Below are positions 1-9,881 of a stretch of DNA of 64,000 nt, in pieces. Each line of letters starts with the position of its first letter. Positions within the stretch are counted from its first letter, which is position 1. Below the pieces are notes generated by a model. The model had not been told where the DNA came from. It saw nothing but the letters and a program-made list of their open reading frames with translations, and searched no databases. The stretch comes from an uncultured Clostridia bacterium (lineage in GTDB: Bacteria > Bacillota > JAAYKD01 > CAYOCI01): contig CAYOCI010000006.1 in assembly GCA_964402415.1 (NCBI GenBank), positions 16,020 through 80,019 on the forward strand, written 5' to 3'. A program made the position numbers and the translations under genes.

Positions 1-424
1 GCATGGCTACGCCCCTACGAGCCACGAGGCAACCCCAACATGTAGGGGCGTAGCCATGCTACGCCCGCAACCCTAGTTGGTAGCCATCAAGCTCAGAACA
101 GACACGAGAGCACCCCACGCTTCGGGTGCTCTCGCTTATGATGGCAGCTGCAGCTATTGCCTGTCCTTACTGCTAGGTGTCTGTTTGGGTTGCTGGTTGG
201 GCAGCTCGTTTTGGCAGCAATAGAGACGATCACTCCCAGACTCCTTCTTGCTGGCGTTGGCAAGGCGGTCGAGGAAGTTCTTCCACCAACCCATGGTGCA
301 TCTCACTTCCCGCTAAGAGCCAGGCTGTTTCCTCGGATAGAAGGATAGGGCGCCCAGTGCTTCTCTGCCTGGTGGCCAATCTCCATCCGGGCGCATCATC
401 CACCCAGCCCGAGCATACCTTCCT

Positions 425-1486
425 ATGAGCAGTCATATGGAGGTTATGCATGTGAGGGATGATCTGCGCGTAGCCCTGGTCCTAGTTGGCACCAGTGTAG
501 GGGCTGGGCTGGCATCGGGACAAGAGATACTGCAGTTTTTCAGCCGTTTTGGTTCAAAGGGGATCTGGGGTATTGGTTTCTGTCTGCTTGCTTATATCAT
601 CATGTCCGTTCTAACCGTGAATCTCTGTTTCCGCTACCGCTTCCGTTCGTATGCGGAGATCATCCGCTTCGTCTGTGGTAATCGCCTTGGCACGCTACTA
701 GAGGGGGCGCTGACACTCTTCATCTTTGGCGGCAACGTCGTGATGATCGCTGGCGGTGGTGCCATGCTCAATGAGTATACCGGCCTGTCCCCGCTGGTCG
801 GCATCGGCCTCATGGTGATCGTCGCCTACCTCTTCGCGCGCCGTTCCACGGACGGGGTGGTGGCGATCAATGCCTTGATCGTTCCCATGTCCAGCTTGTC
901 CATCCTGGCCCTGGGTGCCGCGGCGCTCTTCACGCTCTCCCGGCCGCCGGTCTTTCAGCCGATCCCTTCGACGGGGGGGAGTTGGCTGATCACCGCGGTG
1001 CTCTACTCCTCGTTCAACATGTTTGGCATCACCGGCGTCCTCTGCCCCATGCTAGCGGAGATGAGGGATAAGAAGCAGTGCCTGCGCGGGACCAAGATGG
1101 GTAGTCTCCTGCTCATCGCCTTGATCGCCATCATCCACTTTCTCATCCTAGCTTACGCTCCAGATACGCTGGGCAAAGAGATCCCGAATCTCTACGTGGC
1201 CAGACAGTTTGGGGCTCTGCTGCCGATCGTGATCAGCAGCGCGATCTGGTTGGAGATGCTCTCCACCGAGATCGGGGATCTCTACAGCCTGGGCAAGCGC
1301 ATTCATCACTCCGTAGGTCTGCCGTATGAAGCAGCGGTCATACTGATACTCTTGGCTTCCATCCCGTGTGCTCTGGTGGGGTTCTCCCAGCTGATTCGGG
1401 TGCTGTATCCTGCCTACGGTGCGGTCAGTCTCATCTATACCGTGGCCGTGTTCCGCAAGTGGGTCGTGCTGCATCTGGTGCGGTAG
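425..1486 (+). CDS. Polytopic membrane protein, YkvI / spore-germination GerAB-like amino-acid-permease superfamily
   Basis: 353-aa ORF with many hydrophobic helices. N-terminal 'LVLVGTSVGAGLASGQEI' is typical of YkvI/GerAB-type transporters. True start may be an internal Met. Confidence 0.5.
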   Translation: MSSHMEVMHVRDDLRVALVLVGTSVGAGLASGQEILQFFSRFGSKGIWGIGFCLLAYIIMSVLTVNLCFRYRFRSYAEIIRFVCGNRLGTLLEGALTLFIFGGNVVMIAGGGAMLNEYTGLSPLVGIGLMVIVAYLFARRSTDGVVAINALIVPMSSLSILALGAAALFTLSRPPVFQPIPSTGGSWLITAVLYSSFNMFGITGVLCPMLAEMRDKKQCLRGTKMGSLLLIALIAIIHFLILAYAPDTLGKEIPNLYVARQFGALLPIVISSAIWLEMLSTEIGDLYSLGKRIHHSVGLPYEAAVILILLASIPCALVGFSQLIRVLYPAYGAVSLIYTVAVFRKWVVLHLVR

Positions 1487-1589
1487 CACCAATGCCATAG
1501 CCGAGGGATGAGATCGTCGCGATAGCGCACGATAGAGAGGAATAGACTTTCGGACGCCTACCCAAGAAGCTAAGAGAGGCGGTGAGCCG

Positions 1590-1787
1590 ATGTTTAGCCG
1601 GGAACAGATCATGGCCGCAGCAGCATCTGTCCTCAGCGAACAAGAAGTAACCATAGCGTACGCCAGGCTCCTGAGTGAGCCACCACTAACCTTAGGCGAG
1701 ATCGAAGCGAGATACAAGGTCTCGCGGGACGAACTGATGGGGATCGAGCAGAGAATGATTGATTACATCAGGAATCGTGTTCTGTAA
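1590..1787 (+). CDS. Small standalone sigma-70 region-4-like HTH protein
   Basis: 65 aa. 'LSEQEVTIAYARLL…LTLGEIEARYKVSRDELMGIEQRMIDYIRN' has the sigma-70 region 4 HTH pattern. GAGG-type RBS upstream; hairpin terminator at about 1803–1850. Confidence 0.4.
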   Translation: MFSREQIMAAAASVLSEQEVTIAYARLLSEPPLTLGEIEARYKVSRDELMGIEQRMIDYIRNRVL

Positions 1788-2053
1788 CAAGTCGGGCATA
1801 TGGGGAGCCGTGGATCGCCGATGCGATCCACGGCTCTCGTCTTGTTTGGACGAAGCGAATGCGTTTCAGAGAACGCGCAGCCTAGAGCGATCTAGTCAGA
1901 TCGCTGTCGGTGGGCATGGCTGCGCGATTACTAGACGTCCCGAGGATAATCCTACCAGTATTCTTTTGGCAGACCAGGCCTGCAACTTCTGCTCCAGTTT
2001 CCCCGTCTAATGGTTGATGCGGACAATCGGGGAAACCACTAGGAGGTCGGACG

Positions 2054-2587
2054 ATGGGGAGAAGGTTGGCTGTGGTGCTGTCTTTGGTTGGTGCACTAAT
2101 ACTGGGTCTGGCCTTCTACCGTAGCTTCGGGGCAGCCGCCCCGGCGCCCACAGGAGAGGAGGCTGCCCCGTCGGACTTTGCCTTTACGGCAGCCTGGGGC
2201 ATCGAGGGGAAGAACGTACTCGATACCTTCGCAGGGAGGTTCACCAAGGATCTGATCGCCGATGGAACAGCCACGACGCCTCTAAAGCTGCCAAGTCAAT
2301 CCATGGCGCGCATCTATGCCCTGGCGAACGAGATGCAGATCATGGACTACCCGCCTGACCTTGCTCCCAAGGCAGGGGAGACGATGGTCTTCGTCACCCC
2401 TGCTTTCGCGTATCGCCTGCTCATCCGGATGCACGGTGCTACGCGGGAGGTTGTCTATGATGCTTCCCATCCATCCAACGATCCCAAGGCCGCCAAGCTA
2501 GTCGGGCTGATCAATACCATCAGGTCCGAGGTCATGGCAACGAAAGAGTATAAACACCTACCCCCGGCCAAGGGCGGATACGATTAG
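2054..2587 (+). CDS. Hypothetical membrane-anchored/secreted protein
   Basis: Perfect AGGAGG RBS 8 nt upstream. N-terminal hydrophobic signal/anchor 'LAVVLSLVGALILGLAF'. Confidence 0.5.
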   Translation: MGRRLAVVLSLVGALILGLAFYRSFGAAAPAPTGEEAAPSDFAFTAAWGIEGKNVLDTFAGRFTKDLIADGTATTPLKLPSQSMARIYALANEMQIMDYPPDLAPKAGETMVFVTPAFAYRLLIRMHGATREVVYDASHPSNDPKAAKLVGLINTIRSEVMATKEYKHLPPAKGGYD

Positions 2588-2713
2588 GCGCGGTCTTGAT
2601 GGCCACGCCGACGGGTCGCTAAGCCCGCGACCGGTAACCGGTTGCTTGTCCAGATGCCAATCCGTGGTAAGATAGAAGACAACAACAGCTCTCAGGCCCA
2701 AGGAGGTAAGCCA

Positions 2714-2947
2714 ATGCATCAAGGAGAACAGCAAGAACAACTCAAGCTCGGCCATCGATATCGACACTATAAGGGGAATGATTATCTGGTGCTGCACTTA
2801 GCCAAGCACTCAGAAACTGAGGAAGAGATGGTGGTCTACCAGGCGCTCTACGGCGAGCGGGGGATCTGGGTTCGTCCGCTCACCATGTTTATCGAGTATG
2901 TAGAGCTCAATGGCCAGCGTGTTCGGCGCTTCGCCGCAGTGGAGTAA
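2714..2947 (+). CDS. DUF1653-family protein
   Basis: Motif 'YRHYKGNDY…HSETEEEMVVYQALYGERGIWVRPLTMF' matches the DUF1653 pattern. AAGGAGG RBS precedes the internal ATG at 2714; the longer ORF from 2642 is probably an over-extension. Confidence 0.55.
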   Translation: MHQGEQQEQLKLGHRYRHYKGNDYLVLHLAKHSETEEEMVVYQALYGERGIWVRPLTMFIEYVELNGQRVRRFAAVE

Positions 2948-3077
2948 CCACCACCTGACCAGGGCATCCGGGCTATTCCGCAAGTAGGCAACCTTATCCG
3001 CGGGACGAGAAAGCACCTTACAGACGCGCTTATGCGCGATCTACAAGGTGCTCTTGCCAGTGGACCATCGATATCGA

Positions 3078-3500
3078 TCAGAGGCCGAGCTTCTTCGAGA
3101 ACGGGAACAACCCGAGCTTCGAGAGCATGGCCAAAGCAATCAGACTCTCAGCTAATCCTACAAGGAAGAAAATCACATGTAGAGCAGCAATGGTTTGCAG
3201 CATGTAGCATTGGATCACGATCCAGGCCATCAGGATGCCGCCAACCAACCCGCTGACATGGACATGAAGCCCAGTCTCATATCTGCTAAGCATGTAGGAA
3301 ACCAGATGTCCGACTCCTAATACGAAGAACAGAAACAGGCCGGGTATCAGGAAATCAGTGAAGGGGCCCGTTTTCAGGATCTCAACCGGTGCACCATAGA
3401 GAGCCCCCGAAGGATCGTAAATGGCCATGCCACCGCCAAATATCGCCCCTAAGCCAACCAACAACTGTATGGTCTTCTGAATATGGCGAAGCGTTCCCAA
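3078..3500 (-). CDS. Hypothetical integral membrane protein
   Basis: 140 aa with four hydrophobic helices and no recognisable catalytic motif. Confidence 0.45.
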   Translation of the reverse strand: MGTLRHIQKTIQLLVGLGAIFGGGMAIYDPSGALYGAPVEILKTGPFTDFLIPGLFLFFVLGVGHLVSYMLSRYETGLHVHVSGLVGGILMAWIVIQCYMLQTIAALHVIFFLVGLAESLIALAMLSKLGLFPFSKKLGL

Positions 3501-3922
3501 CTCTTAATCGCCTCTCTATCATTGGGGTGAGGAGAGGTCATTGTGCGCCCTCTCTAAGAACTACTCTATCTGTCCATCACCCCAAAGTCTACTGCTATCT
3601 GGTAAATGTTTCTGTATTTTGGATGAAGTCTGTGGCTACGGGTTGAGATTGTCGAAAAGGGCGCTTTCTCTTCGCACAGCCAAACACCGTACGCCGAATG
3701 TGGTAGGCGCAGCATGGCTGCGCAACTACATCTGGGGGACTAGGCCTCGCTGCAGTCGCGCAGCCATGCTGCGCTTAAGGTTCTTCGACAGCCTCACGGG
3801 TTCGCAGGTCTTGGTGCCAATCTCGTGGTGAGCGCCTGTGCTCTGCCACCGGTTGGAGTTCGGCGGGATTGACAAACCAAGTAATAAAGAACGACAACCT
3901 CCACGGTGGAGGTTGTCGTTCT

Positions 3923-4117
3923 TCATTCCACGATCTTCTGGACCCGGCCCACCTGGCCATCGGTCAGGCGAACCTTGATTCCATGTGGATGGGTAGGGGA
4001 GTTGGTCAAGATATCCTTGACGATCCCTCTGGTCAGCTTTCCAGTCCTCTGATCGGCTTTCAGCACGATCTCCACCTCAAGACCGGGTCGAACAGAGCTT
4101 CTGAGGCTTCCGTCCAT
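3923..4117 (-). CDS. YwbE/DUF2196-family small protein
   Basis: 'RPGLEVEIVLKADQRTGKLTRGIVKDILTNSPTHPHGIKVRLTDGQVGRVQKIV' matches the YwbE 'HPHGIKVRL…GRV' family. AGGAGGGG RBS before the internal ATG; hairpin terminator immediately downstream (3884–3918). Confidence 0.6.
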   Translation of the reverse strand: MDGSLRSSVRPGLEVEIVLKADQRTGKLTRGIVKDILTNSPTHPHGIKVRLTDGQVGRVQKIVE

Positions 4118-4278
4118 AAGATCCCCTCCTGCAGCAGTGCAGACGCACACAGAATAGTACCATTCTACGCTATAGCTTATCCAGTCGCAGGCGAGAGTGC
4201 AACTACGCTGAATATGCCCTCGGACTGTGAGAGGAGCGGTAACCTGTGGGTTATCGCTCCTCTACTCATCCCGCGAGT

Positions 4279-6252
4279 CTAGATCTTGAACTGCTCGACA
4301 CTCCTCTTTAGTTGTTCGGCGCTGATCTTGAGCTCCTGAGCGACCTCCTGCAGCCGACTGGTATTAGCCGCCTGCTGCTGGGTGGTAGCCGAGACTTGCT
4401 CGACTCCAGCGGCCGCTTGCTGCGCCCCGGCTGAGATCCCCTGGATGGCATGGACGACCTCATCCGTCGAGGCGGCCATCTCTTCAGCGACGGCGGCTTC
4501 TTCCTGTGCCTTCAGGACGATGCGATCGATGGTGACAGTGACGTCTGCAAATGCACGCGATGTGGCCTCAACAGCTACCACCTGGGCATCCACTGCGGCC
4601 CGGGCCGAGTCGACCTCAGCTACGCCAGCGGCAATGGCAGTTTGGATCTCGTTGATGATGACGGTGATCTTCTGCGCTTCACGATTCGACTGCTCGGCAA
4701 GCTTACGGACCTCTTCAGCTACCACCGTGAACCCTCTTCCAGCATCACCAGCACGAGCGGCTTCAATAGCAGCGTTCAGAGCGAGCAGGTTGGTCTGCTG
4801 CGCGATCGAGCCGATCACGTCAACCATGGTGACAATCTGCTTGGATTGCTCGGCAATCCGCGTGATTGCTTGTGATACTGAGGCCGTTGCTTCTTGATTG
4901 TGCCTCATTTTGCTCTGCTGCGTCTCGATTGCCTGAGCACCTTGATCCACCGCCTCGCGCGCGGACTCGGAGGCCTCGACAGCCACCTGACTGCCCACCG
5001 CCACCTGGTTGATCGCCCTGGCTAGTTCACTGAGGATCTCAGCGCCCTGCTGGGATTGCTCGGCGTTGTTCGAGGCGGCCTGAGCCAGCTCTTCCATGGT
5101 TAAGGCGATCTGCGAACTGCTTTCGGTACTCTGACTGACCGCCTCGGCCAGTATGGCGGAGGAACTGAGCACCTGCACTGACAATCCGTCCAATCCCTGG
5201 ACCATCACTGTCAGTCGATCAGCCATGGTGTTGAAGCCGTGAGCGAGGCGGGCAACCTCATCCTTGCCCCTGACCGTCAATCGCTCCCTGAGATCGCCAT
5301 CGGCTATCTTTAGGCTGGTATCCGCCGCACGAATGATCGGGGCAGCGATCGATCTGCTCATGACGTAGGCAGACAGGGCTGCAATCAGCAGCAATAAGCT
5401 TCCGAGGAGGATAGCGTTGCGCCTCTGCATACTGATCGGAGCGGTGATCTCGCTCTCATCGACGGTCACAGCCAAGCTCCAGTTGGCCATCGGGATCGGG
5501 GCAAAGAAGGCCAGCTTGCGGCTGCCATCGAGGGTGAAGCTGGCATCGCCCGCCTCGCCCGCAGCCATGCGGGTGGTAGCCTGCTTCAGCTCCGTATTGG
5601 ACGACTTCAGGAAGCTCTTGTCGGGCTGCATGACCAGCGACCGGTCGGGATGGGTGACAGCCATTCCGTCGCGCTGGACGATGTAAGCGTAGCCTGACCC
5701 CATCTTGGCCGCAACGGTGATCGCATCCAGCTGGTCGAGGAGTACCGAGGCACCGAAGATGCCGACGACTTTGCCGGCAGCGTCCGTGATCGGCGCAGCC
5801 ACGACGACGATCAGGTTATTGGAGAATCGCGAGACAACTGCGTCGGAGACCGTGCTCTTGCCAGTCTCCATCACCAGACGGAAGTAGTCGCGGTCAGCGA
5901 TATTGGCGCTCTGCCCCGTGGTTGCCTTGAGATTGCCCTGAGGGTCCCCGACCCACAGCATCTCATACTCGGACTTTCCGACCAACACATCCTGGAGAAA
6001 GGCATTGGTCTGCGGCCAGTCCATGCTGCGCACCACGGCGGTCTTGGCCAAAACACTCGCCTCATCGAGGCGGCCATGCAGCCACTCTTCGACCTGGTTG
6101 GCAGTTCCGCTGGCAACTGCGGTCGCACCTTCGACGAGGGTGGAACGCAGATCCTTCCCGACCATCCAACTATTGACCACGGTCAAGATGGTCAGAGCCA
6201 GAGCCAGTAGCACGGTGGTGAATACAGCGATTCTGGTGCTCAGGGTTCGCAT
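4279..6252 (-). CDS. Methyl-accepting chemotaxis protein with extracellular double-Cache-like sensor, HAMP and MCP signalling domain
   Basis: 657 aa. N-terminal TM, then periplasmic sensor, second TM, HAMP ('[23 protein letters not shown]'), and the MCP signalling domain '[34 protein letters not shown]'. AGGAGGA RBS. Confidence 0.9.
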   Translation of the reverse strand: MRTLSTRIAVFTTVLLALALTILTVVNSWMVGKDLRSTLVEGATAVASGTANQVEEWLHGRLDEASVLAKTAVVRSMDWPQTNAFLQDVLVGKSEYEMLWVGDPQGNLKATTGQSANIADRDYFRLVMETGKSTVSDAVVSRFSNNLIVVVAAPITDAAGKVVGIFGASVLLDQLDAITVAAKMGSGYAYIVQRDGMAVTHPDRSLVMQPDKSFLKSSNTELKQATTRMAAGEAGDASFTLDGSRKLAFFAPIPMANWSLAVTVDESEITAPISMQRRNAILLGSLLLLIAALSAYVMSRSIAAPIIRAADTSLKIADGDLRERLTVRGKDEVARLAHGFNTMADRLTVMVQGLDGLSVQVLSSSAILAEAVSQSTESSSQIALTMEELAQAASNNAEQSQQGAEILSELARAINQVAVGSQVAVEASESAREAVDQGAQAIETQQSKMRHNQEATASVSQAITRIAEQSKQIVTMVDVIGSIAQQTNLLALNAAIEAARAGDAGRGFTVVAEEVRKLAEQSNREAQKITVIINEIQTAIAAGVAEVDSARAAVDAQVVAVEATSRAFADVTVTIDRIVLKAQEEAAVAEEMAASTDEVVHAIQGISAGAQQAAAGVEQVSATTQQQAANTSRLQEVAQELKISAEQLKRSVEQFKI

Positions 6253-6416
6253 GAAAGATCCTCCTATATGTCTACCATAATAGTAATTAGGACTAGTAGT
6301 GATATTTTACTGGTTTCGTTTAGCCAACGCAAGTAAGTATATGGGAAACAGGTGGAGTTCGCGACGGTTTTTTCGTGGTCTTATCGCTGATTATGTACTA
6401 GAGTAAAGAGAGAGCC

Positions 6417-6442
6417 GGATGCCTTGCGGCATCCGGCTCCTA
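6417..6442. terminator. Bidirectional hairpin terminator
   Basis: 'gccggatgcc ttgc ggcatccggc' lies between the MCP promoter region and the 6456..7043 gene. Confidence 0.55.
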
Positions 6443-6455
6443 GGTTGGCGTTCTT

Positions 6456-7043
6456 CTACATCGTCAGTTGCTGTTGGGCTGGGACGGTCGGTATCGTATG
6501 AGGGAAGGATGAGAACTCGCGCAACAAGCCGTTGCTGACATATTCAAGAGCTGTAGAGGTACGGAAGTCCTCTGGGGTGATCAGGTCAGGACACTTCTCA
6601 AATAGGCGAATGCTTCCCGCATCTAGTACGCGCGCCACGAACTGCGAACAGAAACAACGATGTTGGCTCCCGACGGGTACACCCACCGCTGCCCCGACGA
6701 CCCCGAGATAGTTGTAGCGATAGCGGCTGGCATCACGCTCATATCTCTCGATCTCTCGCTCCACACCCGCGTACTGCTCAGCGGTCACAGGCAACTTGAG
6801 CAGGCAATAGGAGGTCGCAGGAAAACGGGCAAAGGTACCGCTACGGATATTCTCATGGACAAAACCGCCGATCCAGGGGTTCTGCGGACGCAGGCGGCCG
6901 AAGCTATAGAGCCTAGTCAGCTCGGGATCAAGCGAGATCGATACGTGGTTGTACGGATAACGTGAGAAAAGCCCAATGACTTGGGTCGGCAGACTCCCGG
7001 TCTGCGTCAGGAGAATATAGATAGCGTTGTTCTGATGACGCAT
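6456..7043 (-). CDS. Hypothetical protein
   Basis: True start is the ATG at 7043 (MRHQNN…). The upstream 'RKRREL' of the longer ORF is the AAAGGAGGGAG ribosome-binding site read in frame. Confidence 0.5.
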   Translation of the reverse strand: MRHQNNAIYILLTQTGSLPTQVIGLFSRYPYNHVSISLDPELTRLYSFGRLRPQNPWIGGFVHENIRSGTFARFPATSYCLLKLPVTAEQYAGVEREIERYERDASRYRYNYLGVVGAAVGVPVGSQHRCFCSQFVARVLDAGSIRLFEKCPDLITPEDFRTSTALEYVSNGLLREFSSFPHTIPTVPAQQQLTM

Positions 7044-7426
7044 GAGCTCCCTCCTTTTTCGCACAATTTCTGTCGATCTATTTATTCTAAGGGAGAATAG
7101 TTTTTAGGGCAAGTGGAAAGTCGAAGCGTGATTGGCTGGATGAGGCATATCCAGAACGATATACCCATTTTGACGGCGAGTTCGCTTTTTTTCGTCAAGA
7201 TACCACTGGGAAAACCTGCAACTTTTCGCGTGGGAGATGCGTCATAAGTGACAGGAGAGATGTACAAGGCAACCCTTCGCGCTGGAAAGAGTCAGCGGTG
7301 TCGAAAAAACAAGCGGTTGCTGTCGGTTTTACGCGCAAGTTGACGAAAAGATCCGCCAAATATCGTGCAGGTATAGTCCAGTATGTGGCGAATAATGAAC
7401 CACGGCATGATAGGAGTTGATCAGGC

Positions 7427-7618
7427 GTGTCCAACGTCGTAAGTCTGCAGGAATACCGCGAGAAGAAGTATCCGTCTCCGCCTGGACGCACGCCGCTGCA
7501 GGCGCTCTTGGTCTTGATCGAAGAAGCGGTCAGAGGGATCAGAAGCGAACGCAAGAAGAGGCGCCCCAAGAAGAACCGGAGCCGTCGCGCTGTACGGCGT
7601 CGAGTGGCCGGTAGCTAG
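7427..7618 (+). CDS. Small, highly basic hypothetical protein (GTG start)
   Basis: 63 aa with an Arg/Lys-rich C-terminus 'KKRRPKKNRSRRAVRRR'. AGGAG 11 nt upstream of GTG. Weak call. Confidence 0.2.
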   Translation: MSNVVSLQEYREKKYPSPPGRTPLQALLVLIEEAVRGIRSERKKRRPKKNRSRRAVRRRVAGS

Positions 7619-7835
7619 CGGCAGACTACGCTGTACAGAACACGACACTCACCGACGCACTCTCTGTCTAATCATATTAGTGCTGCCACTTGGCAGAACC
7701 ACAGAGGATGAAACGTTCCACCTCGCAGATTGCCCCCACTGTGGGCTGCGGGCATTTTCACATTGCGATATGCGTTGATCTTAGAACGGCGCCCCAGATG
7801 GCAGGGGCGCCGTTACTTGCGTTTCTGGGCGTTGC

Positions 7836-9005
7836 CTACCGGTCGCGAGGGATGCCAAATCCACCTTCATCATCGATGACGACATTGAAGCTGCGGCTGA
7901 CCTCACGTAAGATGCCGATGACCTCTTGTCCGATGGGATCGGATGGGTCATGGAGGTTGGCCTTGCAGTAGTTGCACCAGACCGGGAAGACGCGTCCCGA
8001 CTGGAAGCCATCTTTACTGTACTGCAGCTCGAAGATGCTCGTCTTGCCGCAGATCTCGTACATCTTGAGAAAGACGAAGTTGCCCAGACTGTAGAGGATC
8101 GGCTTGCCCTGATAGAACTCGATCCCCTGCAAAACATGCGGGTGATGGCCGACCAACCCGTCAGCGCCGGCCTCGATCATCCGGTGGGCGAGATCGACCT
8201 GCCAGGCGTGGGGCTGTTGTACATATTCAGTCCCCCAGTGGAGCGATACCAGTAGGACATCGCACTGCCGATCGGCGGCGCGGATGAGCTGCAGTAGGTG
8301 TTCGTGATTGTCTGCTGTCAGGGGAGCGATACCGGGGCGGTCATCCTCCGCCACCCATTCGGGGTAGGGGATGATCTCTGTAAGGGCTAGCAGCCCCACC
8401 TTGATTCCATTGCGCTCGAGGATCTTCAGTTGCTCAGCCTCGCGCCGGTTCTGCCCAGCGCCCACCCACTCGATATTGCTTGCCTTGAGGTTCTCCAGAG
8501 TATCGGTAAAGGCATCGACGCCGAAGTCGAGGACATGATTGTTCGCCACCCAGGCGCCATCAATCCCACAGTTGACTAAGCCCTCCATGGTGTAGGGAAG
8601 CGAGCGAAAACTGTACCCCTCAGGCTTCTTGGTCCAGCCACGCGTGCTGACGCTGGTCTCCAGATTCACGATTGATAGATCAGCCTCGCGCAGAACAGGC
8701 GCTACCTCTGACCAGGGATAGTTCACACCATAGCTCTCGATATAGTCACCGATAAAGCTAGCCATCATCAGATCACCAGTGAGGCGTATACTAATGGTGG
8801 ATGGTGGAGTAGGGGCGGGATCATTGAGAGGAGGCTGGAGCAGGGCTTGTCCTCCGGGAGTGGGCTCGCCAGGCGGTACCGCAACTGGCGGGCTGGAGCG
8901 GGGGAGAGGCAAGCAGGCAGCGGTCATCACCATGACCAGAGCCAATAGGGCCAGGAGTGCCGACTTGCGCCCCATGGTCCGGCCGGGTCCTTGGCTCATC
9001 CCCAT
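7836..9005 (-). CDS. CapA-family metallophosphatase (poly-gamma-glutamate biosynthesis CapA-like), secreted/lipoprotein
   Basis: Signal peptide with lipobox-like 'VMTAAC'. CapA/metallophosphatase motifs 'LVSLHWGTEYVQQP' and 'AWVANNHVLDFG'. Confidence 0.7.
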   Translation of the reverse strand: MGMSQGPGRTMGRKSALLALLALVMVMTAACLPLPRSSPPVAVPPGEPTPGGQALLQPPLNDPAPTPPSTISIRLTGDLMMASFIGDYIESYGVNYPWSEVAPVLREADLSIVNLETSVSTRGWTKKPEGYSFRSLPYTMEGLVNCGIDGAWVANNHVLDFGVDAFTDTLENLKASNIEWVGAGQNRREAEQLKILERNGIKVGLLALTEIIPYPEWVAEDDRPGIAPLTADNHEHLLQLIRAADRQCDVLLVSLHWGTEYVQQPHAWQVDLAHRMIEAGADGLVGHHPHVLQGIEFYQGKPILYSLGNFVFLKMYEICGKTSIFELQYSKDGFQSGRVFPVWCNYCKANLHDPSDPIGQEVIGILREVSRSFNVVIDDEGGFGIPRDR

Positions 9006-9173
9006 CACCCCTTTCTCTTACTTGGATACCCCCTTCGATCTTGTCTCGCCCTATTCCTGCTCTATGTGCAGACGGAAGTTCATCCGATCACAGCATCGGT
9101 GCAGGAATGAGCCCAGTATTCGTGTAAAATGATAGGGTAGGTAGCGTGATACTGTCTGATATTAACAAAGGAT

Positions 9174-9827
9174 GTGTCGATGGTGAAAAAGCTGAGGCTT
9201 AAGGATCCCGGCAGTGCTCTGACCCACCTGGTCGGGGCGCTGCTATCAGTGGCTGGATTGGTGGCACTCATCCGCGTGGCTCTGGTACGGGGATCGATCT
9301 GGCATGTGGTCTCCTTTAGCGTCTTTGGTGCCAGCCTGATCCTGCTCTATACCGCGAGCACTCTCTATCACTGGTTGTCACTGCCGCCCAAAGCCACCCT
9401 CGCGCTGCGCAAGGTCGATCATATCATGATCTTCCTCTTGATCGCAGGCTCCTACACCCCCTTTACACTGGTGGCACTGCGCGGCGTCTGGGGCTGGTCG
9501 CTCTTTAGTATCGTTTGGAGCCTGGCTCTATTTGGGGCGATTGTGAAGCTTTTCTGGATGTCAGCCCCGCGCTGGCTCTACACACTCTTCTACCTGCTGA
9601 TGGGCTGGATGGTGGTGGTGGCGGCCTACCCGTTGGTCAAGGCGCTGACCCTGCCGAGCCTGATCTGGCTGGCTGCCGGCGGTTTGTCCTACACCGTCGG
9701 TGCCATCTTCTACGCCACGAAATGGCCCAACCCCTGGCCAGGCAAGTTCGGTTTTCATGAAATCTGGCACCTGTTCGTCATGGGCGGGAGCCTCGCCCAT
9801 TTCGCTGCGGTCATGACTCTACGGTAA
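9174..9827 (+). CDS. Hemolysin III / PAQR-family membrane protein
   Basis: 217 aa with seven TM segments and the hemolysin-III pattern ('LRLKDPGSALTHLVGALLSVAG', 'HEIWHLFV'). Bidirectional terminator at 9843–9872. Confidence 0.8.
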   Translation: MSMVKKLRLKDPGSALTHLVGALLSVAGLVALIRVALVRGSIWHVVSFSVFGASLILLYTASTLYHWLSLPPKATLALRKVDHIMIFLLIAGSYTPFTLVALRGVWGWSLFSIVWSLALFGAIVKLFWMSAPRWLYTLFYLLMGWMVVVAAYPLVKALTLPSLIWLAAGGLSYTVGAIFYATKWPNPWPGKFGFHEIWHLFVMGGSLAHFAAVMTLR

Positions 9828-9881
9828 CCCAGAACAGAACAGGCCGTCCCTAAAGGGGCGGCCTGTTCCATACCGTTTAGG

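Noticed and set aside
3726-4282. ORFs 3726..3926 (-), 3775..3960 (-) and 3869..4282 (+)
   Set aside because: They translate across the bidirectional terminator hairpin (3884–3918) and are antisense to or overlap the YwbE-like gene. The nearly identical 'KNDNLHRGGCRS' peptides on both strands are a hairpin artefact.
6456-7064. N-terminal 'MRKRREL' extension of the 6456..7064 ORF
   Set aside because: Those codons are the AAAGGAGGGAG Shine-Dalgarno sequence read in frame. The real start is the ATG at 7043.
7082-7569. ORFs 7082..7267 (-) and 7195..7569 (-) in the 370-bp intergenic region
   Set aside because: They have no RBS and low-complexity or odd composition. The region looks like a promoter/leader. 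Only the small + strand GTG ORF at 7427 has a plausible RBS, and even that is weak.
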